60,425 bases of DNA, taken from NCBI GenBank assembly GCA_026014515.1, contig JAOZIG010000286.1, positions 1-60,425 on the forward strand, given 5' to 3'. How positions within the stretch are numbered: position 1 is the first letter of the stretch; every line of letters starts with the position of its first letter. A program made the position numbers and the translations under genes. The notes under the pieces are model-generated. The model made no database searches, was not told where the DNA came from, and saw only the letters and a list, made by a program, of their open reading frames with translations. The stretch comes from Candidatus Bathyarchaeota archaeon. Lineage in GTDB: Archaea > Thermoproteota > Bathyarchaeia > TCS64. This document shows positions 37,493 to 47,013 of the stretch, piece by piece.

Positions 37493-38488
37493 TTACTCAG
37501 TGCTAAACATGTTCCTCATGCTACGCTTAAACCGAATCCAGACATCTTTTACTCCACTCATACTGATCTTTTGAGGGTTAATCGCCGTCAACCCATTGGG
37601 CTCAATAGCCAATATAACAAACAAGAAAATAATTGGAATCAAACCCTCATAGACCCCGGTATTAACTCCAACATAACTCATCAAAACATAGATAATCACC
37701 TTAGAGCCAAGCGCAGTCATCAGACCACCGATAATCGCGCCAGTGATACTACCAAGCCCACCTAGAACACTCCCCGCCATCACGTTAATCAACAAGGTAT
37801 CACTGAAGTTGACGCTCGTACTCAGCCACATCGATATAATGGAACCTGCTAAAGCTGACAAAGCACCAGAGACAAACCATGAGAAAAAGTGGACAAAACG
37901 AATATTCACCCCCAATCCCTGAGACAAGTCCTCATCCTCAGCCGTAGCCCTCATAGCAATCCCATGCTTGGACCACTTGAGAAATCCCTGTAACACTATT
38001 ACGACCAAGAGAATCGTGCCCGGTGCGATTATACCAATCGCCGGGAAACCATTAATCCTGAAATCATAGTTGTAAAGATTGAAGCCCTGACTCAGAACCC
38101 TATTCTCAATTAGTAACCAGAAGCTAAACATAGCTAGAAACTGTGTGATAATTTGGCTTATGATATAGAAGGTAAAGGTCAACGTGATCTCACTGTACGC
38201 TCTACCCTTAATGGGCTTAACAATCACAACATACAGCACTACGCCTAAAATTCCGCCAACTAGCGCTGATATAGGCCATGTATGATAAGGGTTGAACCCA
38301 TAAAACCTCACCAAATAATAGGTACAAACCGTGCCAATCGAGGCAAAACTCGTATGGGCAAAGTTAGGAAACTTTTCCATCATATAAGTAAACGTGAAGC
38401 CAATGCAAAGCATCACAAGAATGCTGACGTTTAGCGCCACACTGACTATTAGCCCTACATTCACGACAATCACCGAGTCTTGGCACAA
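37493..38488 (-). CDS. Branched-chain amino acid ABC transporter permease (LivH-like)
   Basis: IGFTFTY..EKFPNFAH, GIAMRATAED..L...LGVN, SVLGGLGSITGAIIGG, IEPNGL; exact start uncertain. Confidence 0.88.
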   Translation of the reverse strand: MCQDSVIVVNVGLIVSVALNVSILVMLCIGFTFTYMMEKFPNFAHTSFASIGTVCTYYLVRFYGFNPYHTWPISALVGGILGVVLYVVIVKPIKGRAYSEITLTFTFYIISQIITQFLAMFSFWLLIENRVLSQGFNLYNYDFRINGFPAIGIIAPGTILLVVIVLQGFLKWSKHGIAMRATAEDEDLSQGLGVNIRFVHFFSWFVSGALSALAGSIISMWLSTSVNFSDTLLINVMAGSVLGGLGSITGAIIGGLMTALGSKVIIYVLMSYVGVNTGVYEGLIPIIFLFVILAIEPNGLTAINPQKISMSGVKDVWIRFKRSMRNMFSTE

Positions 38489-38638
38489 TATAAGAACTAA
38501 GACCTTTAACCCGCAAAATCTGATAATAGTTTATAAAATAACTGAAAAAACGCCCCCCGGTATGGGAATATCTAAAGCCTCATACAGCACAATTTAAATC
38601 ACCAATCAAAGGGAAAGTAAACAGAAGGGGCGTTAACA

Positions 38639-39613
38639 TTGAAACAAATTAAGTTACTCTTAGTAGTCACTCTGATATTTTCAACCATACCCATTGCACA
38701 AGCACAGAGCACCCTACCTTGGATAGAAGAATACACCATAACCAATTACAGTACAGGGCAAACAACCCTAGAGTGGAGCTCACAAACAGGAGAAATACTC
38801 CAAAACGCCCCAATACTCGCAGGAGACGAGTACCAGATCACATTCACCCTAAACGTACGGCAAACAGTAGACAACGCCGTACTAACCCTAACCCTAACAA
38901 GCTTCATGACTCAACAGAGCGAGTCAACCTACTGGGAGGTTGGACCAGAGTTCCCACGAACAGCCGACTATAACCCAGCCCAGCGAACCATAAGCCTACA
39001 CCATAATCAGGGTGTATACGAGGTTACAGCCACAGGCAAGATTAGCAGTGACGCTACAATCTATACAGGTGAAGGGCTCACACTTCATAGACCCCTTGAG
39101 ATAACCATCATTGAGCTCGATGGGCCCGTAGGTACTGACTACGATGACATAACGTCTACAGTTATCGATAACAAGATCGATTCATACAGGTTCTTACTCA
39201 ACCAAAAAAAGACGGAGCTACAGAACTATCAAGCCACAGGAGTAGACCCCGCCTATATTCAACTCTACGAGAACTTTGTAGCCCTCAGCGAAGAACAAGC
39301 CGAACAGGGCCTCGTAGACAACGCTATGGATTTACTGAACAACCTTGAGGTGGACACCACGCCAGTAGAAACTGGTCCAAGCTGGATGGAACGATACTTC
39401 CTACCCGCAGTAGGCGGACTAGCATTAATCGCCATACTAGGCGTATTCCTATTCATACGCACTAACAGCAAGTTAGGGTTCGTAAAGATGGTCGTAGAAG
39501 ACCAGATAAGAGAGATGGAGGCACTACAGAGCCGTGCCTCACGCATAGATCGAAACCTCGCACAGAGGCTAGACGAGATAAAAACACGATTGAAGGAGAC
39601 TGAAAACGCATGA
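38639..39613 (+). CDS. Single-pass surface protein with cytoplasmic coiled-coil tail
   Basis: Signal peptide, beta-rich ectodomain, TM (FLPAVGGLALIAILGVFLFI), heptad tail; ATGA overlap with the next gene. Confidence 0.8.
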   Translation: MKQIKLLLVVTLIFSTIPIAQAQSTLPWIEEYTITNYSTGQTTLEWSSQTGEILQNAPILAGDEYQITFTLNVRQTVDNAVLTLTLTSFMTQQSESTYWEVGPEFPRTADYNPAQRTISLHHNQGVYEVTATGKISSDATIYTGEGLTLHRPLEITIIELDGPVGTDYDDITSTVIDNKIDSYRFLLNQKKTELQNYQATGVDPAYIQLYENFVALSEEQAEQGLVDNAMDLLNNLEVDTTPVETGPSWMERYFLPAVGGLALIAILGVFLFIRTNSKLGFVKMVVEDQIREMEALQSRASRIDRNLAQRLDEIKTRLKETENA

Positions 39614-42282
39614 GCGACAGAGGATACAGCAGCATAATACACATGGTGGGACTCGGAGGAGCAGGCACCAACATCGTCGAACAATTCATGAAAGACGAGA
39701 AAACCCTAGACCTCCTCGGACAAGGATCAACACGCCTCAGCATGATGGCCATGGACATCGCCGACCCCGACATAAAGAGCCTAGACGAAACCTACAACAA
39801 GATACTAGACCAGATGAGAAGAAAAGGCGTCCCACAAGACCGTCTGAATCTAATCGCTCGGAGCGTCAAGTTCCCAAGCGCTGAAGCAATGTTTGACTTC
39901 GTCCAGAACAAGTTCGAGGAACACCTACGCAACGAGGGGATACAGATTGAGGAATACAACCCATGGCTACCAAGCACAGTCGCCATCCCCCCGCTAGCAG
40001 GCGGAGCAGGCAGACGCAGAAGCCTAGCCAAGGCAATCTACAACCTCAACTACTACCAACTGGGTATCATCAAGTCCTTCACAAACATGTTCAAGGACAA
40101 CGCCCTGAGCAGTATCAGCAGCCCAATAATACTCCTAGTATTCGGCCTCGGAGGCGGAACAGGCAGCGGAATGGCACTAGACTTCGCACGCCACCTACGG
40201 CAAGCAGTAGGCTCAGGCGTACCCATTATGGCGCTTTGTGTTCTCCCCTGTCCCGGAGACGACCCACCAGCCAAAGGATACTCAGCTTTCAATGGAATAA
40301 ACGAACTAAGTCTACTCTTGAACCGTGAGAAAAACGCTTTACTCACTCATGGAGTGGGCGAGGTCTACAGGAACCCCTTCAACAGCGTCATGTTCCTACC
40401 CCTGATGCCAGCTTACAGCAAGACAGGCAACATCATGTCTGCGCGAGACGAGATCGACAAGATGATCGTCGAGATGATCTATGTCCTCATGGACTTTGAC
40501 ATGGCGGACCTCATGAGCGGAATAGGCACAGAAGTCGGACTCACAGATGACAGCGTCCACACCCTCAGCATGGTCAAAGTCAACTATCCGGTAGATGCAT
40601 ACGTCGAGGCATTCAAGTCAAACCTCGAAAAAATGCAGCAACTCGCCGAGATAAGAAAAGAAAAACTTGAGGTACTCCAGAAACTCCAGAGCGTACTTGA
40701 TCTCAAGAAGGAAGAAGTCGGAGAGATATACAAGGACTACCTCATCAAGACCAACGCCTACAACGCAGAAGATTTCGAGGACAAAGTAAACCAGATTATC
40801 CACGGAAGCCCACGATTCGACGAGGACCTAAACCTCTACGTACGAGGCATCGAGGACCAGATCAACAAATGGATCGATGAAGCAATCCAATTCGTAAACA
40901 CCATCAAGCTAGTCGCGGATGAAGGCACCATCGAGGACAGCGTAGCCAAACTCATCCTATACGATGAGGAAGCCTCCCCAATGGACAGCCTTGAAGGCAT
41001 GATACGAAACATCAGCCGAACACATCCAGAATACAAGGCACAAAAGGCAGCCATATTCGAGCGCCTAGAACAACTGGTACCAAGCAGTCAGAGTCTGACG
41101 CTACGTCAGAAGAAGCTCATTGATGATTTCATGAACCTCGCAAGCATCACAGAGCAAGGCTTGGATATACTCACACTATACAACGAGAACAGGCACCTAA
41201 TTGACGCCATCAGCCGCCGTTACGAGATACTCCCCGAAGAAGACAAGCTAAACGTCAACTTCAAAGACATGAAAGCTGAACTCACCACCATCTACCATCT
41301 CCTGCAGCTCATGATCAAGCCCAGCAGCGACGAGATCAAGATGATAGACGAGCACCTCACATACCTACAGGCACTGATAGTAAAGTTCAGGTCCAGACGT
41401 GAGGAGCTGGAAAACGAACTCATACGGGTTGAGGAAAAGAAGAAACGAATGGAGTTCGACCGTGATAAATACGAGAAAGACTCCAAAGGCTTCAGCCTAT
41501 TCGGCAAGAAAAAATACAACCGAGAAAAACTCAAGGAAATCGAACGCGAACTAGGCAGCGTCAGAGAAGACGAGATACACCTCAACAGTGAACTAGGCTC
41601 AGCAGATACCCTTATCGATTTCTATCAAGAGCTAGCAAAGAAACTGGAAGTCACAAGCGACTACCGTAAACAGCTACAAACCGTGCTTGAGCTATCACAG
41701 GATTACCAGACAAAGCTCAGCGGCATCATCCAGAGCAACCGCTACTATGAGCGAACCACTGAGCTAACAGGCGCCGAGCAAGGCAAGATAATCTACAAGA
41801 TTCTAGCCGAGCAGGAAGACATGCTCAACAGGGAAGGCATCCTTGAAGAGATACTCGACGTAGACCACTTCAAGGATTATATGCGGAGTATCGTCAGGAT
41901 CTACAGAACCCCAAACATCATGGGAATGAAGAGCAGCTACCGCAGCGACTACCTCTGGGTAACAGTCCAGACACCACAGGGGCTCTGGGACGAGGACCTC
42001 ACACAGGAACTCTATACCGCCCTAGCAGGCTACGTCACAGGAGACGTATCAAAGACCATCACTGTTAGGATAGTTGAGTGCCGAGACCCATGGGTCATCA
42101 GAGTAGTTGTAATCGCTGGGCGTGGTCAGATCGAGGACCTTGCACCATATGATGAGATGGAGCGTCTCAACAGGAAGGCAAGCGACTTTGAGAAGAGCCT
42201 GAGCAGGAGCTTCCTTGTAGAGCACAAGGGTACGACTGAAGAGTTGCTTGAGAAGCTTAAGGAGAAGCTAAAATCCGTTTAG
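39610..42282 (+). CDS. Divergent FtsZ/tubulin-superfamily GTPase with a long helical insert (Tubulin_2/FtsZl-like)
   Basis: T1 VGLGGAGTN (G14-G19), T3 GGAGRRR, T4 GGGTGSG (aa 181-187), VLP, T7-like DFDMAD (aa 295-300), helical region ~aa 328-775, beta-rich C-terminus. Confidence 0.88.
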   Translation: MSDRGYSSIIHMVGLGGAGTNIVEQFMKDEKTLDLLGQGSTRLSMMAMDIADPDIKSLDETYNKILDQMRRKGVPQDRLNLIARSVKFPSAEAMFDFVQNKFEEHLRNEGIQIEEYNPWLPSTVAIPPLAGGAGRRRSLAKAIYNLNYYQLGIIKSFTNMFKDNALSSISSPIILLVFGLGGGTGSGMALDFARHLRQAVGSGVPIMALCVLPCPGDDPPAKGYSAFNGINELSLLLNREKNALLTHGVGEVYRNPFNSVMFLPLMPAYSKTGNIMSARDEIDKMIVEMIYVLMDFDMADLMSGIGTEVGLTDDSVHTLSMVKVNYPVDAYVEAFKSNLEKMQQLAEIRKEKLEVLQKLQSVLDLKKEEVGEIYKDYLIKTNAYNAEDFEDKVNQIIHGSPRFDEDLNLYVRGIEDQINKWIDEAIQFVNTIKLVADEGTIEDSVAKLILYDEEASPMDSLEGMIRNISRTHPEYKAQKAAIFERLEQLVPSSQSLTLRQKKLIDDFMNLASITEQGLDILTLYNENRHLIDAISRRYEILPEEDKLNVNFKDMKAELTTIYHLLQLMIKPSSDEIKMIDEHLTYLQALIVKFRSRREELENELIRVEEKKKRMEFDRDKYEKDSKGFSLFGKKKYNREKLKEIERELGSVREDEIHLNSELGSADTLIDFYQELAKKLEVTSDYRKQLQTVLELSQDYQTKLSGIIQSNRYYERTTELTGAEQGKIIYKILAEQEDMLNREGILEEILDVDHFKDYMRSIVRIYRTPNIMGMKSSYRSDYLWVTVQTPQGLWDEDLTQELYTALAGYVTGDVSKTITVRIVECRDPWVIRVVVIAGRGQIEDLAPYDEMERLNRKASDFEKSLSRSFLVEHKGTTEELLEKLKEKLKSV

Positions 42283-43407
42283 CATTTGCTCTTTGATGTT
42301 ATCCCATTCATCTTTGTCAACGAGGTTTTGTTCGACATTCATCTTGCTGAACCGTTCGATACGCTGATAGACCTCGTTAAACTTTTTCTTGGTATCATAT
42401 CCACCGACCAATATGATAACATCAACACGATCCCCATACTCATCAACAAACAAAGGCTCACAAATCTGAGGAATATCCACACCTATACTCTCCTGAAGCC
42501 ACTGGGTTACCTCAAACTCAAGCTGCCCCTTCTGGAACTCCTCCTGATAACTCAAGGGAGCCCGCACCAAGACATACACCATCTTCGCTGAGGTGAGTTC
42601 AAGATACATCAACGGCTGCTCTAGGGTGATCTCCAGTATGTTCCTGAAGCTACCGTAGATGTCGAGGCTGCAACCTGTGGCTAGTAGTGGTGAGTAGAGG
42701 TTTACAGCGTAGCTTCTTGAGAGTCTGTCTAGCTCTCTGATGATGTTTTCTTTTTCTAGGAGCATGTCGATGAAGTAATCAATTATGGCGGCGTTCTGAA
42801 GCACGTCACCTTTTCTATGTACTCCGTTGTAGTCTTCCATCAGTCCCTGATCAATCAAGATCAAAGGCGTAGAGTTGTCGATTAGAATCCTCCCAACAGC
42901 GGAGAAGGCGTTATACAGGGCGTCGCTACTGTGGTTCATCGAGGGGAATAAGGCTACTCCGATTGTGCTTTTCTCTTTCTTGGCTAGGAACCGGTGTATT
43001 TCGGGTAGTATTCCTGAGCATGCGCCTTCGCTGATGTTTGAGAGGCTGAGAACCTGTTTATGGTACCCGTAGATGAGGTGTTCGAGTTCCGAATCGACAT
43101 CACTTTTATCATAATACTCCTGCATATCGAACCAGTAGTGGGGCTCGTAGAGGGTATCCGCCATCAGGCTGTATTTAGGGTCGATGTGAATTGTTTTATG
43201 CTGTAAGTCTTTCTTATGGATCACACGAAGAAGCGTATAATAGTCCTCTTCGCTGAGCTTAGGTGAATCCATGAGGGTCTCAAGCGTATACTGTCCTACG
43301 GTAACCACAGCCTTATCAGGGAGAACAGGCGATAATGCCTCTATCTGTTTCCTGAGGCTAGCAAGTAGGTTGATATCAGTGTTCGAGGTCAATGGAGGAT
43401 CAAGCAC
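42268..43407 (-). CDS. Degenerate FtsZ/tubulin-like protein
   Basis: AVVTVGQ (T1-like), SNISEGACSG (T4-like), GVALFPS...ALYNAFSAV, LILIDQ, and an FtsZ-C-like LTSAKMVYVLVRAP...VDVIILVGG, all in FtsZ order. Confidence 0.6.
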   Translation of the reverse strand: MLDPPLTSNTDINLLASLRKQIEALSPVLPDKAVVTVGQYTLETLMDSPKLSEEDYYTLLRVIHKKDLQHKTIHIDPKYSLMADTLYEPHYWFDMQEYYDKSDVDSELEHLIYGYHKQVLSLSNISEGACSGILPEIHRFLAKKEKSTIGVALFPSMNHSSDALYNAFSAVGRILIDNSTPLILIDQGLMEDYNGVHRKGDVLQNAAIIDYFIDMLLEKENIIRELDRLSRSYAVNLYSPLLATGCSLDIYGSFRNILEITLEQPLMYLELTSAKMVYVLVRAPLSYQEEFQKGQLEFEVTQWLQESIGVDIPQICEPLFVDEYGDRVDVIILVGGYDTKKKFNEVYQRIERFSKMNVEQNLVDKDEWDNIKEQMLNGF

Positions 43408-43429
43408 CTAGCACCAATAGGATGGATAG

Positions 43430-46090
43430 ATGGATATGAGTTTCGCGCTATTTATGGACGGGGACATGGGTGAACAGACCGGAAAACTGGTCACATTCAT
43501 CATAAACATGGTCTCAATGTCCCTCGGATTCATACTCATACCCCTCTTACCAATGCCGTTACCATATATCGTGGCTTTCCTTGTCGCATACGCGACCTAC
43601 AAGGACAAACCATACGGAATGATGACAGGCAGTCTACTGATTAGCCTCGGTTTGATTTACCATCTTTCTCGTATCGGGTTCTTCCAGATATTCCAGAGCC
43701 CAATCATGAAGATATTCATTTTATCCATTATTATCGCACCTTTCGCAATATGTCCAGCTATTATCTCGAATAACTTGCACATCATCGCCATTGATATGGG
43801 GATAATTGCTGTAGCTTTGCTCTTCTTTGAACAGTCATTCTATCTAGCGATCCCCTTAATCCTAGTTTTTGCTACCATTTACCGGGGTAGAGGAATCGCA
43901 TTCACATTCATCTACTATGCATTCATTTCGATTCCTCTTCAGACAATTCAGTACCTAAAAACCTTTGAAATGGGAGTTTTTCCTCCCCTTTATACTCCTC
44001 TCACTTTGATCTATCACGAGATTCAGAGTAGTTTAAGTTACATCAATTTAGATGAACTCACAAAAGTCTTTAACAGCATTAGCGAGATTTTTCTATCCCG
44101 TGGATTCGAACGATATGTTACAGAGATACCCGATTATATCGTTGAGGACTTTAGCACTTACCTCGTAACAGATTATATCGAATATATTCGTTCGATTGTG
44201 TTACCGCCTTCCTTTGCTCCAAGCTATGTGATTGATAGTTTCATGCAGTTCGTCGCCACATACATACCTACATACGAGAACTCAGCTGTCCAGACCTATG
44301 TAAACTCAACACTGCCCGGGTTTATGACTCAGAACCTCGATCCAAGTGTTTGGGCTGCTCTTCCCTCCGTAGGTTCAGGTGTGCTTAAATTACAGGTGGA
44401 GGAGTTGTTTCCGCTTTATGTGAATCAGGTCTTTCAAGCATATTTCCGTGAAGCTACCGGTCAGTTGTTGAACTCGGTGCCTGGTATAGTCTTCTTCTTG
44501 GTGATTATGATGGGGTTCATCTCGGCGATCACTTTGCTGAATATGAATATGCCTGACCCTGTGAAGGAGTCTGTAATACCCGGTAAGTATGTCGATGTAG
44601 TGATCTATCTCTTACCCATCTTTGTCGCAGCTGTTACTAACCTCATATTCTTTGTAGCGATTGACAAACTGCGGCAACCACTAGCATTCCAAGCCACCGT
44701 AAATCAAGCCATCATCATAAACAGCACCATCTTTACTGTGCTTTTCTCGGCTCCTGTTAGCTTTAGTAAGTATCTCTTTGATCTTAGGGAGGTTAAGACT
44801 GTTAGAACCGTCTCCTTGCTGGAGGAATGTGATTATCAACAGAAAAAGTTGGAACGTTTGATTTATTTGGTGAATCGGATGCGGTCACCTGTGCCTGATA
44901 ACTTCATTGACCTCAAGACAAGGATGCTCATTGCCTTAGACGAGGTAAAAGAGATAAAATCAAGCACTGAAAGCTCAAAGGAACTTAAAGAGATAGATGA
45001 AAACATCAGACGCATCTACAATGGGTTAAAGGAAAGCGTGGAGAGCTTCGAGACACAGCTTGACGTAGCCCTCAGAGACTATTATATCAAAACAAAGTTT
45101 GAGTATCTTGAAGCCGCCGGAGAGATACTTGATCTTGGACTCGGCGTAGATGCACCCATTCTACCCGAGCTTGATTTTGACGCCCCACTTGAGGAGAAAC
45201 TGGACCATATTGATGGTGTTATTGAGGCTGGACGCGTACTTGTAGAGGCACTAATCGACACTAGTGACAAGATCTACGAGATCATCAGCAGCCTCTTCGA
45301 ACCAAACCTCCCCAAGGATAGTGCCACTTTAATGATCAGCAGGGAAAAACTGGAAGAAGACGAGCCATGGGTAATCATTGACGCGATATTGATTAGCTTG
45401 AAGAACTGGGAGAAACAGTACAGCGCTGACATTGTCAACGCTACACGCCCAATCAATGATAGCGTTGAGACTGTCGTACAACTCAGCAAAAGACGAGGCA
45501 GTCTAAGTAGCCTCCTCGGGGAAAAATATGAGGAGATCAGAGCACTCTCCGAGCATGTAGAGGCACGTAACTTTAGCGCAGATAACGAGAACCTCAGAGT
45601 ATTGAAGGTTATTCTCATCAGGGACACGATCCTGAACACTGTTGACGTGGTGGGTAAAATTATTGGAATCCTATATTATCATATCAAGGACCTTGAGTTC
45701 AACATCAACCTGTTATTACCGCGTGAGGATTTTGAGTGGAACAGGAACCTTACCCTCACGGAGCGTATGAGTCAGAGCTTGGATGTCATCAACAACTATG
45801 AGCAGTACCGGATTGATGAACTCATCAGCCACCTTTACAGGGTACTCAGCTATATCGATGAAGCTGTAGATACCATCGAGTATTATAATGAGCGCAAGGA
45901 GATGCTTCTCAACTACCCGGTGTTTGAGAAAAAGATCACCCGAATACTTGATGAGAAGGATGAAGTGAAGCTTGATGAACTAGGGGTCTCTGAGAAGTAT
46001 GGACGCGAGTACCTGAAGATGTACATCAGAACCACGTATAGTCCACTGCGGCTTGAGGAGACCGCGGACAGCATAAGGAGGAGCATCTAG
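43430..46090 (+). CDS. Large polytopic membrane protein with long C-terminal helical domain
   Basis: About 6 N-terminal hydrophobic helices, a long loop, about 3 more TM helices, then ~440 aa of charged helical sequence; the true start may be a downstream Met. Confidence 0.8.
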   Translation: MDMSFALFMDGDMGEQTGKLVTFIINMVSMSLGFILIPLLPMPLPYIVAFLVAYATYKDKPYGMMTGSLLISLGLIYHLSRIGFFQIFQSPIMKIFILSIIIAPFAICPAIISNNLHIIAIDMGIIAVALLFFEQSFYLAIPLILVFATIYRGRGIAFTFIYYAFISIPLQTIQYLKTFEMGVFPPLYTPLTLIYHEIQSSLSYINLDELTKVFNSISEIFLSRGFERYVTEIPDYIVEDFSTYLVTDYIEYIRSIVLPPSFAPSYVIDSFMQFVATYIPTYENSAVQTYVNSTLPGFMTQNLDPSVWAALPSVGSGVLKLQVEELFPLYVNQVFQAYFREATGQLLNSVPGIVFFLVIMMGFISAITLLNMNMPDPVKESVIPGKYVDVVIYLLPIFVAAVTNLIFFVAIDKLRQPLAFQATVNQAIIINSTIFTVLFSAPVSFSKYLFDLREVKTVRTVSLLEECDYQQKKLERLIYLVNRMRSPVPDNFIDLKTRMLIALDEVKEIKSSTESSKELKEIDENIRRIYNGLKESVESFETQLDVALRDYYIKTKFEYLEAAGEILDLGLGVDAPILPELDFDAPLEEKLDHIDGVIEAGRVLVEALIDTSDKIYEIISSLFEPNLPKDSATLMISREKLEEDEPWVIIDAILISLKNWEKQYSADIVNATRPINDSVETVVQLSKRRGSLSSLLGEKYEEIRALSEHVEARNFSADNENLRVLKVILIRDTILNTVDVVGKIIGILYYHIKDLEFNINLLLPREDFEWNRNLTLTERMSQSLDVINNYEQYRIDELISHLYRVLSYIDEAVDTIEYYNERKEMLLNYPVFEKKITRILDEKDEVKLDELGVSEKYGREYLKMYIRTTYSPLRLEETADSIRRSI

Positions 46091-47013
46091 TGGCACCCAT
46101 CAAGGGGCGCTTAGGAGATAGGAAAAACGCTACTATGGAGCTAGATGGTCGAGAGATCAAGCTTGTTGTTAAGGGCGGGTTTTTTGGCGGAAAATCAAGT
46201 AACCGTGTAATCAAGCTCGATGATGCAACCTCAATCAAACACGGAACCGGTGAGAAACCCTTTCCCGATGCCATGATGATCAAGATCCAGTACCCTGAAG
46301 AAGAGTTATCCTTTTTTAGCATCAATAAAGCGCCTCTTGAGGCTTTGGCTGTCGAGATGGAGGCTTTTATTGAGAAACGTGACAAGCTTCTTGTCGAGAT
46401 GGAGAAAGAGTTTGTGAGAGACCGTGAGGCTCATGTTGCCCTGCTTTATCTTAACCTTGAGTTTGTTGAGGCTCTTATGGAGCTAGTTACTCGGATTAAT
46501 GGCTCCGTTGATTGGGGTGCAGTTGATACAATGTATCATCAGGTGGAGCGAGTTAATCTAGATAGAGATAATCTAACAGTCACCCGTCCTTCACATCTTA
46601 GTCTTGAGCGCTTGAGTATTGGTATCGATACGCGAAACGTTGACATAATCAAATCCGAGGTTTATGACCTATTATTTGTGTTACGTGAAAGCTGCGCCGA
46701 GAAAGCCAGACATGTTGAGCCTTGGTTCAATAACGTGTTTCATAGGTTGTTCCTCGACTCATTGTTTTCTTTCTGGGGTAGGCATCTTGAGTCTTTAACA
46801 GGGGCGTTCAGCGGTGAGTCTGTTGAGAACTCTGAGATAAGGCTTCAAGAACTAGGCAAACTAGTTCACAAAGAGATAGGAGAAGACGATAAACAACTCA
46901 CAACCAGTCAAGAGTATAGCGAGAACCATAGGATTCTCTTTGAATGGGTTGAGGCACTTCAAAACGTTGAGTTTGAACCAAGTGAAGAACTGGAGAAGCG
47001 TTTAGCTTCCTGA
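46090..47013 (+). CDS. Hypothetical protein, PH-like N-terminus plus helical domain
   Basis: GTG start overlaps the TAG of the upstream gene; IKLVVKGGFFGG..RVIKLDDATSI beta pattern. Confidence 0.7.
   Translation: MAPIKGRLGDRKNATMELDGREIKLVVKGGFFGGKSSNRVIKLDDATSIKHGTGEKPFPDAMMIKIQYPEEELSFFSINKAPLEALAVEMEAFIEKRDKLLVEMEKEFVRDREAHVALLYLNLEFVEALMELVTRINGSVDWGAVDTMYHQVERVNLDRDNLTVTRPSHLSLERLSIGIDTRNVDIIKSEVYDLLFVLRESCAEKARHVEPWFNNVFHRLFLDSLFSFWGRHLESLTGAFSGESVENSEIRLQELGKLVHKEIGEDDKQLTTSQEYSENHRILFEWVEALQNVEFEPSEELEKRLAS

Noticed and set aside
39610..42282. Calling the GTPase ftsZ, cetZ, or an SMC/dynamin
   Set aside because: It is more than twice the length of FtsZ or CetZ with an internal helical insert, and it has the tubulin GGGTGSG signature rather than a P-loop.
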